A stretch of 64,000 nt of DNA from Candidatus Aenigmatarchaeota archaeon (GCA_963726265.1 CAVSBQ010000002.1:320001-384000); one strand, 5' to 3'. Numbered from the stretch's first letter, positions 1 to 10,069 are shown. The notes: generated by a model not told the origin, from the sequence alone. Made by a program: numbers and translations.

Positions 1-820
1 CCAGTTTCCTCTTGACGTCGCTTATGTCTATTTTCCTGACCTCGGGCCTGAAGAGCAGCGTGAGGATGATGAAGGTCGAGAGCACTAGCGCTATCATCAT
101 GGGGAGGCCGTAGTAGGACCAGTCGATGAAGCCGAAAGAATAGCCCGCCTGACCGAGGAATTTTGCGACCAGGACGTTGGGCGTGCTGCCGACCATCGTG
201 CCAAGCCCTCCGATGGTGGCCGCGAAGCCTATGCCCAGGACCATGGACTTGCCGAAGTTCGATTTCAGGGGAAGCATCCTGTTTTCTTTCAGTATGATGA
301 GGCCTATCGGCATCATTAACGCTGCGGCCGCGGAGTTAGCCATCCACATGGACAGGAACGCCGTCACCGCCATGATGCTCAGCAGGACCATTCTCGGCTT
401 TGAGCCGCGGTGCACGAGCTTGTGGCCGAGGTATTCGTCGACCTTGTATTTGCTTAAAGCGAGCGCAATCGCGAAGCCGCCCAGCACGAGGACGACGATG
501 GAATCAAAGAACGGCGAGAATGCCTCCGCGGGCTTGAAGCCGCCGAGCACCACGAGCGCGAAGGGTATGGCCAGCGCGGTGACGTGCAAAGGGACGATTT
601 CAGAAAGCCAGAGCACCAGCGCGGATATCGTAATCGCGAACACTATCTGCTGCGGCGTCCCGAAGCCCAGGAAATAAGACGACAGGAGAACCGAAAACGC
701 CATGCCGACGATGACGAACACGAGCCTCTTCCACACGCTGGTGCCGCGCGCGCCGTGGACGGCAATGTGATGCACGGGATGCATCTTATGCTGCTTCGCT
801 TGCCCGTGTCCGCGTCCCAT
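1..820 (-). CDS. DASS/SLC13 family Na+:dicarboxylate/sulfate symporter (runs off window start)
   Basis: Manual minus-strand translation from ATG at 820 (not in ORF track): LWLSEIVPLHVTAL and LGIGFAATIGGLGTMVGSTPN motifs, many hydrophobic segments. Confidence 0.85.
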   Translation of the reverse strand, partial: MGRGHGQAKQHKMHPVHHIAVHGARGTSVWKRLVFVIVGMAFSVLLSSYFLGFGTPQQIVFAITISALVLWLSEIVPLHVTALAIPFALVVLGGFKPAEAFSPFFDSIVVLVLGGFAIALALSKYKVDEYLGHKLVHRGSKPRMVLLSIMAVTAFLSMWMANSAAAALMMPIGLIILKENRMLPLKSNFGKSMVLGIGFAATIGGLGTMVGSTPNVLVAKFLGQAGYSFGFIDWSYYGLPMMIALVLSTFIILTLLFRPEVRKIDISDVKRKL

Positions 821-887
821 AATATTTATTTTGGGCGAAGTGGGATAAAAACCAAAATCTTATAAAACATCAGCCGATAGATTAGTT

Positions 888-1301
888 ATGAAAGTTCTGA
901 TAATATGCGGGAGCGAGAGCGACCTCGAAGTCGCGAGAAGGGCGGAAGACGTCCTGAAGAGGAACAAGGTTGCGTTCGACATACGCGTGTCGTCCGCGCA
1001 CCGGGACCCGAAAGGCACCGAGAGCATAGTGAGGAGCACGGACGCCGACGTGATAATCGCTGTTGCAGGATTGTCGGCCGCGCTGCCGGGCTTCGTCTCA
1101 TCGCTTACGGACAAGCCGGTCATCGGCGTTCCCGTCGGGGTGAAGCTCGACGGCCTCGATGCGCTGCTTTCGATGATGCAGATGCCATCCGGCGTGCCTG
1201 TGGCGACGGTCGGGATAGACAACGGGAAGAACGCCGCGGAGCTTGCGATACGCATCCTTAAACTCAAGGGGAAGGCCGGGACCGGCAGAAAACAGAAGTG
1301 A
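888..1301 (+). CDS. purE: N5-CAIR mutase / AIR carboxylase
   Basis: GSESD, SAHR, AGLSAALPG, QMPSGVPVATV motifs; first gene of pur cluster. Confidence 0.95.
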   Translation: MKVLIICGSESDLEVARRAEDVLKRNKVAFDIRVSSAHRDPKGTESIVRSTDADVIIAVAGLSAALPGFVSSLTDKPVIGVPVGVKLDGLDALLSMMQMPSGVPVATVGIDNGKNAAELAIRILKLKGKAGTGRKQK

Positions 1302-1305
1302 TGAA

Positions 1306-2286
1306 ATGGTCGATGAGTCAGCCATCAGGAGACAGATTCCCCACGCCCTTGAAAAGACGGATTTCAAATTAGGCAGGAAATACGAGGGCAAGGTGAGGGA
1401 CAACTACATACTCACTGACAAGAGGATTATAATCACGACGGACAGGATTTCCGCCTTCGACCGCGTGCTCGGCACGATACCGTTCAAGGGCCAGGTCCTG
1501 AACCAGCTTGCAGCTTTCTGGTTTGACAAGACGAAGCACATCGCCAGGAATCACGTCATCGATGTTCCCGACCCGAATGTCGTGGTCGCAAAGGAATGTA
1601 AACCGATTCCTGTAGAGATGGTCGTGCGCGGCTACATCACCGGCGTGACGACGACTTCGGCCTGGTACAACTACCAGCGGGGCGTCAGAGACTTTTGTGG
1701 CGTCCGACTACCGGAGGGATTGCGCAAGGACCAGAAGTTCGAGAAGCCCATAATAACGCCGACGACGAAAGGCGGCGTGGGAGAACACGACAGGCCGATC
1801 TCGGGCGAGGACGCGATACGCGAAGGCCTGGTCTCGCGCGAGCTTTTCAAAAAGATGTCAGATGCCTCGCTCAGGCTTTTCGATTTCGGTTCGCGCTTCG
1901 TCGCGAAGCACGGCCTGATTCTTGTCGACACGAAATATGAGTTCGGCCTGAACGAAGGCGAGCTGGTGCTCATGGACGAGATTCACACTCCCGATTCGTC
2001 GAGGTTCTGGTTCGCCGACACCTACAAGCAGCTTTTCGAAAGCGGGCAGGAGCAGAGGAAGCTCGACAAGGAATACGTGAGGACGTGGCTCGCTGACCAG
2101 GGTTATCTGGGAGAAGGGAAGCCGCCGAAACTGACTTCCGAAGTCGTGACGGAGGCGGCGAAGAGATACATAAAAGTCTATGAAAAGATAACCGGCAGCC
2201 ACTTCGAAGTCGTCGAAGGCAGCGTTGCCGAAAGGATAAGGAAGAACCTGGAGAGCAAAGGTTATCTGAAAGTGAGCGAGGGGTGA
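1306..2286 (+). CDS. purC: SAICAR synthetase (long type)
   Basis: YEGKVRD, DRISAFD, VDTKYEFG, DEIHTPDSSRFW; start moved to ATG 1306. Confidence 0.95.
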   Translation: MVDESAIRRQIPHALEKTDFKLGRKYEGKVRDNYILTDKRIIITTDRISAFDRVLGTIPFKGQVLNQLAAFWFDKTKHIARNHVIDVPDPNVVVAKECKPIPVEMVVRGYITGVTTTSAWYNYQRGVRDFCGVRLPEGLRKDQKFEKPIITPTTKGGVGEHDRPISGEDAIREGLVSRELFKKMSDASLRLFDFGSRFVAKHGLILVDTKYEFGLNEGELVLMDEIHTPDSSRFWFADTYKQLFESGQEQRKLDKEYVRTWLADQGYLGEGKPPKLTSEVVTEAAKRYIKVYEKITGSHFEVVEGSVAERIRKNLESKGYLKVSEG

Positions 2287-3632
2287 TGGTTATGGCGATA
2301 CATCCGATAGAATACCGTTATTGTTCCGAGGAGATGACTGCGGTCTTCGAGGAGGAGGCGAAGCTGCAGAAGTGGCTTGACGTGGAAGCTTCGCTCGCTC
2401 GCGCGCATGCGCAGCTCGGCAACATCCCCAAGAAAGCTGCGGAAGAAATCGCGAAGAAGGCGGACACGCAGTTCGTGACGCTGGACCGCGTCCATGAAAT
2501 CGATGATGAGATACATCACGACCTCATGGCGATGGTGCGCGCTCTTACCGAAGCCGCAGGCGACGCAGGCAAGTTCGTGCATTACGGCGCGACGTCCTAC
2601 GACATAGAAGATACCGCGCTCGCACTGCAGCTGCGCGATGCGATAGAGATAATCGAGGGCAACCTGAAAAAGCTCAAAGACACGCTGGTCACGCTCACCA
2701 GGAAGAACAGGGACGTAGTCTGCATAGGCAGGACGCACGGCCAGCATGCCGTTCCAACGACGTATGGCTTGAAATTTGCCAACTGGCTCTGCGAAATCCA
2801 GCGAGACGTCGACCGGCTAGACCAGGCGAAGAAACGCATTCTCGTCGGCAAGATGACAGGCGCGGTCGGAACGCAGGCGACGTTCGGCGAGAACGCGAGG
2901 CGCCTGCAGTCGCTTATCATGAAGGACCTCGGCCTTTCGTCCGTGATGGTCTCGACGCAGGTCATCCAGCGCGACAGACATGCTGAACTCGTTTTCGTGC
3001 TAGCGCTCATCGGCTCGACGCTCGAGAAGATAGCGAAAGAACTCCGCAACCTCCAGCGCACTGAGATAGGCGAGGTGCTGGAAAGCTTCGGCAGCAAGCA
3101 GGTCGGCAGCTCCACCATGCCTCACAAGCGAAACCCGTGGAAGTCGGAGAACATATGCTCTCTCGCGCGCGTGCTCAAGTCGCACGTCATGGTGGCGCTG
3201 GACAACAACCCCATGGAGCATGAGCGCGACCTCACCAACTCGGCTAATGAGAGAATCATCTTCGCGGAGAGCTTCATGCTGCTCGACTTCATGCTCAGGC
3301 GCATCAGCGACATCCTCATCAGCATGGAGCTGCAGCACGGCAGGATACAGGAGAACCTCGATTTGACGAAGGGGCTGGTCATGAGCGAGAAGATAATGAT
3401 TGCGCTGGTCAAAAAAGGCATAGGCCGCCAGGACGCGCACGAGATTATGCGCAAGGCAGCGATGGAGTCGTATGCGAAAGGCGCATCGCTCAAGGAAATC
3501 CTTCTGAAAAACCCGCAGGTAAAGAAATACTTTAACGCAAAAGAGCTCGAGCGCCTCCTCGACCCGCGCAACTACATAGGCACGGCAAGGGAACAGGTCG
3601 ACGACGTGCTGAAGGCAATTGGTAAAAAATAA
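2283..3632 (+). CDS. purB: adenylosuccinate lyase
   Basis: GRTHGQHA, GSSTMPHKRNP fumarase-superfamily signature, HERDLTNS. Confidence 0.95.
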   Translation: MMVMAIHPIEYRYCSEEMTAVFEEEAKLQKWLDVEASLARAHAQLGNIPKKAAEEIAKKADTQFVTLDRVHEIDDEIHHDLMAMVRALTEAAGDAGKFVHYGATSYDIEDTALALQLRDAIEIIEGNLKKLKDTLVTLTRKNRDVVCIGRTHGQHAVPTTYGLKFANWLCEIQRDVDRLDQAKKRILVGKMTGAVGTQATFGENARRLQSLIMKDLGLSSVMVSTQVIQRDRHAELVFVLALIGSTLEKIAKELRNLQRTEIGEVLESFGSKQVGSSTMPHKRNPWKSENICSLARVLKSHVMVALDNNPMEHERDLTNSANERIIFAESFMLLDFMLRRISDILISMELQHGRIQENLDLTKGLVMSEKIMIALVKKGIGRQDAHEIMRKAAMESYAKGASLKEILLKNPQVKKYFNAKELERLLDPRNYIGTAREQVDDVLKAIGKK

Positions 3633-3681
3633 TTTTCTCTTTTTCATCCAAACTTAAAAATATCTGCTACATATTATTTAC

Positions 3682-4773
3682 ATGGCTGAAGATTTCATGG
3701 AGATAAACAGCTCCGAAAACCAGAAGGAGAAAAAGGAATTCACCTACGCGAATGCGGGCGTCGACATCGAGAAGGTCAAGCATGCGCATTCGAGCATGGC
3801 AGAGCTTTTCAGGCAGACTTTTTCCAACAGGTTCGACAAGTTCGGCCGCGTGATGAGCGAGATAGGCCATTACGCAGGCATGATAGACATAGGCGGCGGA
3901 AGGCTTCTGGCGATCCACGTCGACGGCGTGGGGACAAAAACGCTGGTTGCCCATGCCATGAGGAAATACGACACCATCGGCATCGATTGCGTCGCGATGA
4001 ACGTGAACGACCTGATATGCATGGGCGCCGAGCCGACGACGCTGGTTGATTACATCGCGCTCGAGAAGACGGACGAGCGCGTGATAAGCGAGATAGCGAA
4101 GGGCCTCGCGAAGGCGGCGAAGGAAGCGGGCATTGCGATTGTCGGCGGCGAGACCGCGATAATGCCTGACGTCGTAAAGGGCTTTGACCTGGCAGCGACT
4201 TCGCTCGGAGTCGTGTATCGCGACAGGGTAGTCACGGGCGAGAATATGGTGCCAGGCGACATCGTCATAGGGCTCGAGAGCTCCGGCATTCATTCGAACG
4301 GGCTCTCGCTGGCAAGGAAGCTCCTTCTCTCAAGGTTCGACATCGGGACTTATGTAAAAGAACTCGACTGCACCGCCGGCGAGGAGCTGCTCAAGCCGAC
4401 GAGGATTTACGTCAAGCCCGTGCTAGAGGTCCTGCAGAACTGCAAGGTCCACGGCCTCGCCCACATAACGGGCGGCGCTTTCTCGAAGCTCGCGCGCATA
4501 GGCAACAAAGCGAACGTGGGCTTCGACATAAAGCTTCCCAAGCCGACGAAGCCAGTCTTCAAAATGCTGCAGAAGTTTGGTACGCTGAGCGACCGCGAAA
4601 TGTTCCGCACGTTCAACATGGGAGTCGGCTTCATAATAGTCGTCCCCGGCGAGGAGCCGGAAGACTACGAGCGCGTCGCGGACGTTCTGAAAAAACATAA
4701 AATGCCCCACGCGGTGATAGGCAAGGTCACGCAGGTGCGCAAGATTCTGGTGAACGGCGTGGACGTGGCCTAG
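3682..4773 (+). CDS. purM: AIR synthetase (phosphoribosylformylglycinamidine cyclo-ligase)
   Basis: YANAGVDI, DGVGTK, GGETA, SSGIHSNGLSLARK, HITGG, TFNMGVG. Confidence 0.95.
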   Translation: MAEDFMEINSSENQKEKKEFTYANAGVDIEKVKHAHSSMAELFRQTFSNRFDKFGRVMSEIGHYAGMIDIGGGRLLAIHVDGVGTKTLVAHAMRKYDTIGIDCVAMNVNDLICMGAEPTTLVDYIALEKTDERVISEIAKGLAKAAKEAGIAIVGGETAIMPDVVKGFDLAATSLGVVYRDRVVTGENMVPGDIVIGLESSGIHSNGLSLARKLLLSRFDIGTYVKELDCTAGEELLKPTRIYVKPVLEVLQNCKVHGLAHITGGAFSKLARIGNKANVGFDIKLPKPTKPVFKMLQKFGTLSDREMFRTFNMGVGFIIVVPGEEPEDYERVADVLKKHKMPHAVIGKVTQVRKILVNGVDVA

Positions 4774-4883
4774 GACAACATTCTTAGCGGCTTTGCACTA
4801 AACTCCTTTCTGATTTTAATGATAATATCTTTTGAATTTTAGGGACAATGAAGATATTTAAAACTTTATGAAAGTGTATTCTT

Positions 4884-5303
4884 ATGAACATAATGAAAGG
4901 AATAGCAGGTTATATTGGAATACCCGTACTGGTGGTCGCCGGTGCAGCAACCGGTCTACATTATTACTACACCCATAACGTGCGTAGTTATGATTTTTTT
5001 TCCGGAAAAACATTTTCAAAAGTAGATTTTCCTCTCTCTGATACAAGGATTAGTATAAAAGACAATTCAACGATGATATTCAGAAGCAAATTTTTTGGGG
5101 GAAGTGTTCATTACTCAGATAATGATGGGGATGGAACTGTCGATCAAATATATGAATATGATTCCCATTTGGCTAGAGGCGGTGGAAGTAGGGCTTTTGA
5201 TAGATCTACGGATTTTGATAGACATCCTGAAAAATTCAAAAAAGCCGATATAGACTTCCGAAGACAGATAAGAAGATTCAAACCACTCATGAGCAAGAAA
5301 TAA
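4884..5303 (+). CDS. hypothetical N-terminally membrane-anchored protein, AT-rich
   Basis: 139 aa ORF, N-terminal hydrophobic segment, DNDGDGTVD Ca-loop-like motif; lower GC than flanks. Confidence 0.6.
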   Translation: MNIMKGIAGYIGIPVLVVAGAATGLHYYYTHNVRSYDFFSGKTFSKVDFPLSDTRISIKDNSTMIFRSKFFGGSVHYSDNDGDGTVDQIYEYDSHLARGGGSRAFDRSTDFDRHPEKFKKADIDFRRQIRRFKPLMSKK

Positions 5304-5575
5304 TATCCCATTCTGAACTTCAATCAGATGAACCGAAAATAAGCGTCACCGAATAAAAGTTCGTTTATTTTTAGGTTCCGAAGTTCCGTTATTGGCTTAT
5401 TTATACGTATTTTCATACTTTTAACAGTTTATTCAACTAAATAAATATATTATTGTAGAAAATACATAAAATATTATTATTTTGGAACAAAATTCCAATT
5501 TAATGCGTTTATTTTGCAATAAATGGTTTTAGCTTAAGTCTTTTCTTTTTTGCTAAAAGTTTTTTCTAAAAAGCT

Positions 5576-7252
5576 TTACTTGTGCGCGAAATAGATAACG
5601 ATTTCCCCGCCGTCATTCGCATCGACCCTGCCGAAACCTATGCGCTCCATCTGGATTACGCTGTCTGGCTTGAGCCTCGCCATCTCAGGCTCGCCGATGC
5701 CGCGCAGCATGCCGTCTTTGGTGACTATTGCGACTTTCACGTGCGGCTCGCTGACCCACTGGAGCTTCTGCATGTCCTTCATGACCTCGTCGCCCATGCA
5801 CTTTGCCTTCCTGACCAGTGAGACGTTGCACAATCCTTTGAGTCGGATGACGCTGCCCTTGAACTTCTCGAAGTCCTGATTGGAGATGAAAATGTTTTTG
5901 GGGTCGAGCGGGACCTTCTTCTTGCCGCGCTCCGGGAAATCCGGGTGCAGCGCTTCGAAGACTTCGCGCTTTTCCGGAAAGCCTTCCGGCTGCAGGTTGA
6001 CCGGGTCGATGACGGCCATGTAGCGGTTCGCGAGCGGGTCAATAATCTTGCGGTTGTGCGCGTCGAGATTGTCCCAGCTCAGTTCGATGTCGTTCTTGCT
6101 AAGCCCGCATTGCATGGCGAGATTCTTTATGGCATCGGGCTGGAAGCCGCGCCTGAGAAGAGCGCGGATTGTGGGAAGCTTCGGGTCATCCCAGCCGGTG
6201 ACTTCGCCTTTCGCCATCATTTCCCTGATGTCCCTTGTGTGGACCGCGCCGCCCTGAAAGCGGATCATGCCGAAGTTGACGACATTGGTGAATTCCCAGC
6301 CGAACATGCCGGCTATCGCTTTCTGCACGGCCGTGTTGTGCTCGTGCTCCTTTCCCCTGAACACGTGCGTTATTTTGAGTTCATGATCGTCGATTGCGCA
6401 GGAAAAATTGTAGAGCGGCCACGCGGAAAATTTCGTCCCTTTTAGCGGATGAGGCGTCCTGTTGACCCTGAAAACGGGCGGGTCGCGGAGCACGGGATTG
6501 GGATCGGCCATGTCCGTCCTGAGCCGCAGCGCAGCCGCGCCGTCCTCCATTTCGCCTGAAAGCATGGTTTTCCACAGCTCCAAATTCTTTGCGGCGGCGT
6601 TCGACCTGCAGGCGCATTCCTCCTTGTCAAGCTTGGCCGCCTTGAATTTCTCCGACGGGCAGATGCACACATACGCCTTCTCCATCTCGATGAGTTTCTT
6701 CGCGTATTTGTAATAGATGTCCAGCCTGTCGGACTGGAGGTAAAGAGCATCCCATTTCGTCCCCATTTTGACGAGATCTTCCTTGAGCCACTCGTAGGCG
6801 TGTGGTTCGAGTTTCTTCGCGTCCGTGTCCTCGATTCTCAGGATGAATTTTCCATTGTATCTCTTCGCGTAATAATGGCTGAGAAAAACGGCGCGCATGA
6901 ACTGGCCTATCGAAAGCGGACCTGTCGGCGACGGGGCGAAGCGCGTGATGACCTTGCCCATCTCCGCGCCTTCAAGTTCGGAAAGGCCTTCCTGCTTTTT
7001 CTCCTGTTTCTCCAGCAACTCGGGCGCGAGCGCTTCGAGCTTCTTCTTCTGCTCTTCCAGACCCATCATGTTAACTTCTTTCACGATTCTATCGATGAGC
7101 TCCCGCGCCTCGTTTATGTTCGACCTCGCCTCGGGCTCATGCGACATGAGCTTGCCGAGCACGGCGGAAGCGTTCGCCTTACCGCCATAGAAGACTGCGT
7201 TCTGCAGGGCATATTTCATGACCGTGTTCTTCAGCTTCGTGCCAGCTTTCAT
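5576..7252 (-). CDS. gltX: glutamate--tRNA ligase (archaeal type)
   Basis: YALQNA N-terminus, RFAPSPTG, RIEDTD, WPLYNF, RGKEH, GWDDPKLPTI, QMERIGF. Confidence 0.92.
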   Translation of the reverse strand: MKAGTKLKNTVMKYALQNAVFYGGKANASAVLGKLMSHEPEARSNINEARELIDRIVKEVNMMGLEEQKKKLEALAPELLEKQEKKQEGLSELEGAEMGKVITRFAPSPTGPLSIGQFMRAVFLSHYYAKRYNGKFILRIEDTDAKKLEPHAYEWLKEDLVKMGTKWDALYLQSDRLDIYYKYAKKLIEMEKAYVCICPSEKFKAAKLDKEECACRSNAAAKNLELWKTMLSGEMEDGAAALRLRTDMADPNPVLRDPPVFRVNRTPHPLKGTKFSAWPLYNFSCAIDDHELKITHVFRGKEHEHNTAVQKAIAGMFGWEFTNVVNFGMIRFQGGAVHTRDIREMMAKGEVTGWDDPKLPTIRALLRRGFQPDAIKNLAMQCGLSKNDIELSWDNLDAHNRKIIDPLANRYMAVIDPVNLQPEGFPEKREVFEALHPDFPERGKKKVPLDPKNIFISNQDFEKFKGSVIRLKGLCNVSLVRKAKCMGDEVMKDMQKLQWVSEPHVKVAIVTKDGMLRGIGEPEMARLKPDSVIQMERIGFGRVDANDGGEIVIYFAHK

Positions 7253-7296
7253 AATCACATATTTAAGAACCGGGAATAAAAAATAATCGTGGTTCA

Positions 7297-7452
7297 ATGA
7301 GGTTCGATGTCAAGTGCAAGGACTGCGCTTTCTTCAAGCTCAGGAGCATCCCGTCAGCAGTCGAATGCGCCAACAACGACGGCTCGATATGGGATCCTGC
7401 GCAAAGGGCGTGCGACAATTTCACGGGCAGGAAGAGGGGTTCTGCAAAATAA
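7297..7452 (+). CDS. small Cys4 protein (51 aa), putative metal-binding
   Basis: Manual translation MRFDVKCKDCAFFKLRSIPSAVECANNDGSIWDPAQRACDNFTGRKRGSAK; fills gap between gltX and next gene. Confidence 0.6.
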   Translation: MRFDVKCKDCAFFKLRSIPSAVECANNDGSIWDPAQRACDNFTGRKRGSAK

Positions 7453-7472
7453 GGCGCTAAAACAACGGGCAG

Positions 7473-8303
7473 CTAATCCTTCGTTTTCTTTATGCCAGCA
7501 TAATAGCTGACAAGCGACGCATACGCGAACAGTGACGTGTATGCGCTGACGGCTGTCCTGAGAAGCATGAACAGGAAGCTGGTCACGGAGAGCGATGATG
7601 GCTGGCCCGCAAAAATGTAATAAACGCTTTCAGGCATTGAGCCGATTATCGTAATGCCGAAGAACATGACTATGAATATCACGAAGTACAGCAGTGTGTT
7701 GGCCTTGTTTTTCAGCACGGCGCCCCAGGACTTCCTTATGGCCTCGAGCGGCTTCGCCTTCTCGAGCGCGCAGAAGACTGGCGAAAGGAAGGTCGTGAAA
7801 GTGACTATTACGCCGGCTATCAGGCCGACTATGACCCAGATGGCGGCTGCGGAGATGATTGCAATCCCTTCAGGCGACGAGAGGAGCGGGATGGATACGA
7901 TGGTGAGCAGGAAGCCGCCCAAGCACGCAAACATTATCAGGCCCAGTATCAGGAAAAGCGCGAGCATGGAGACGAATCTTTTCTTCGACAGCGCGAAGCC
8001 CTCGGAGATCGCCTTCCTCTTGCCCCTGTAAAATTGCGCCGCGTTCTCGAAATAGGCAGGCATCAGGAAAAGCGTCGCCAGCCAGCCGGCTATGGCGAGG
8101 GGAAGGACGTATGCGACAAAGGGTATCATCTGCTCCAGAGCGGGGATGGTTTCAAGGTCCGTCATGTCGCCGATGAAATAGCCGGTAAGGAACCAGCCGC
8201 CTATGGCGAAGACTATGTTGACCGCGAAAAACAGGAGGTAGGCATTCCTTTCAAAAGGGTATCTCAGCGATACGCCGAAGACCTTGCTGAAGTCCAGAAC
8301 CAT
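7473..8303 (-). CDS. polytopic membrane protein, unknown function
   Basis: About 6 hydrophobic segments; AIRKSW motif typical of uncharacterised archaeal membrane proteins. Confidence 0.75.
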   Translation of the reverse strand: MVLDFSKVFGVSLRYPFERNAYLLFFAVNIVFAIGGWFLTGYFIGDMTDLETIPALEQMIPFVAYVLPLAIAGWLATLFLMPAYFENAAQFYRGKRKAISEGFALSKKRFVSMLALFLILGLIMFACLGGFLLTIVSIPLLSSPEGIAIISAAAIWVIVGLIAGVIVTFTTFLSPVFCALEKAKPLEAIRKSWGAVLKNKANTLLYFVIFIVMFFGITIIGSMPESVYYIFAGQPSSLSVTSFLFMLLRTAVSAYTSLFAYASLVSYYAGIKKTKD

Positions 8304-8349
8304 GCTCTATATTTATATCGCACTGCTTAAATATTGTTGCAATTAAATT

Positions 8350-8844
8350 TCAGGAGCCGCTGAAAATCTTGTCCACTTTCTTTTCCCACTTGCCGCTGGT
8401 GTCGATTATGGCGTGCTCTTCCTGTATGGGCTCGAACTGCTTTTTTATCTTTATGTATACGCGGCAGTCGGCGTCGCTCACCGAGCGCGTTCTGCTGCGC
8501 CGTTCAAGGCGGCGCATGACCTTGCTCTCGCCGCACACGACCTCGACGACGCGGAATCCGCTGCCCGTCCTCTCCGCGATTTTCCTGATGCCGTCGCGCA
8601 GCTCCTTCCTGTAAAAGGTCCCGTCGACGACAGCATTCCTTCCCTCTTTCAACGCCTTCTCCGCCCTTGAAAAAAGCTCGCCGTAGACCATGGCCTTTTC
8701 CTTATTGTCATAAGCCGGCTTCTTCAGCATCTGCTTGCGCACGACGTCAGTGCTGATGACCAGCGAGCACGTTTGCATGGCTATCCTTTTCGCCACGCTC
8801 GTCTTGCCCGTCCCTGGCAGGCCGCAAACCAGAATAAGCATCAT
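8350..8844 (-). CDS. P-loop kinase (AAA_33-like, predicted small-molecule kinase)
   Basis: GLPGTGKT Walker A, TDVVRK, VVDGTF, SDAD. Confidence 0.85.
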   Translation of the reverse strand: MMLILVCGLPGTGKTSVAKRIAMQTCSLVISTDVVRKQMLKKPAYDNKEKAMVYGELFSRAEKALKEGRNAVVDGTFYRKELRDGIRKIAERTGSGFRVVEVVCGESKVMRRLERRSRTRSVSDADCRVYIKIKKQFEPIQEEHAIIDTSGKWEKKVDKIFSGS

Positions 8845-8851
8845 GCAGATT

Positions 8852-10069
8852 TCACTCCGTCGCGTGTTTATCCTTGTCGACGACTTCCGCGGGCTTCGTC
8901 GTGAGCGAGGGCCATATCTTGCGACCCGGATAAATGGAAGTGTTGATGCCCGTGCGGACGCCGTCGCCGATGAACGCGCCGAGCTTGGTGAGGCTCGTTT
9001 GGACTTTCCTGCCCTTCACGAGCGTCGCGTGCTGGCCGCCGTCGTGCCTGTAATCCGCGGTCACCGTGCCGGCCGCGATGTTGACGTTCTCGCCAATCAC
9101 GGAATGGCCGATGTAACAGTTGTGCTTCGCGGTAGTGTTGTCCATTATTATCGAGTTCACGACCTCGCCGCGGAAGCGGACGTTATTACCGATGGACGTG
9201 TCCTGCCTCACGTATGCGTTAGGCCCTATCACGCAGTTCTCGCCGATAAACGCAGGGCCCTCGATGTGCGTGCCCGATTTCAGGACGGTGCCTTTGCCCA
9301 CGAAAACATTACCCTTTATTGTCACGTGCTCCTCTACTGTCCCGCTTATCTTTTTCCTGATTTTCGAGAGCACGGCCCTGTTAGCGGCGAGCAAATCCCA
9401 TGGATAGACAACAGGCACCCATTCATTCGTATAGAAACATCTGAACCTCATGGACTTCGCGAGCTCGTTTATCGCGTCTGTCAGTTCGTATTCACCGCGC
9501 TGCGAAACCTTGAGCGACCTGAGAGCTTCGAAGACCCTGTCGTTCAGAACGTAAAAGCCCGTGTTCGCGAGGTTCGACGTCGCTTCGTCCGGCTTCTCCG
9601 TTATTTTTGTCGTGAAGCCGCCGTCGGTCTCGATTATGCCGAACTCGAGCGGGTTCGGGACCTTCTGGCCGAGCATCGATATCCCGTAGGAAACGCATTC
9701 GGCCATCGCCTCGCGCGGGTAAAGGTTGTCGCCCATCAGAACCATGAACCTCTCGTCCTTGCCGATGAATTTCTCGGCCTGCAACAGGGCGTTGCCCGTT
9801 CCTAACGGCTCGGCCTGCTCCGCGTATCTTATTTTCATGTTGCCGTAGCTTTCACCCAGCTTGCTTATAATCTGGTCCTTGCCGAAGCCCACGACGAGTA
9901 TCGCCTCGCCGGCAACGCCGTCGAGCGAATCGAGGATGTGCTCTATTATCGCCTTGCCGCCGGCCATGAGCAGCGCCTTCGGCCTGTTTACCGTCAGCGG
10001 ATACGTGCGCGTCGAGCGGCCTGCGCAGAGGATTACGGCCTTCATGCCTTTCATGCTAACGTTTTTCAT
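8852..10069 (-). CDS. glmU: bifunctional sugar-1-phosphate nucleotidyltransferase/acetyltransferase (archaeal GlmU-like)
   Basis: ILCAGRSTRTYPLT..RPK, LGTGNA, RGEYELTD, C-terminal hexapeptide repeats; start uncertain (10069/10054/10045). Confidence 0.85.
   Translation of the reverse strand: MKNVSMKGMKAVILCAGRSTRTYPLTVNRPKALLMAGGKAIIEHILDSLDGVAGEAILVVGFGKDQIISKLGESYGNMKIRYAEQAEPLGTGNALLQAEKFIGKDERFMVLMGDNLYPREAMAECVSYGISMLGQKVPNPLEFGIIETDGGFTTKITEKPDEATSNLANTGFYVLNDRVFEALRSLKVSQRGEYELTDAINELAKSMRFRCFYTNEWVPVVYPWDLLAANRAVLSKIRKKISGTVEEHVTIKGNVFVGKGTVLKSGTHIEGPAFIGENCVIGPNAYVRQDTSIGNNVRFRGEVVNSIIMDNTTAKHNCYIGHSVIGENVNIAAGTVTADYRHDGGQHATLVKGRKVQTSLTKLGAFIGDGVRTGINTSIYPGRKIWPSLTTKPAEVVDKDKHATE

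Noticed and set aside
5304..5575. Replication origin call
   Set aside because: No repeated ORB consensus or adjacent orc1/cdc6; kept only as a low-interest finding
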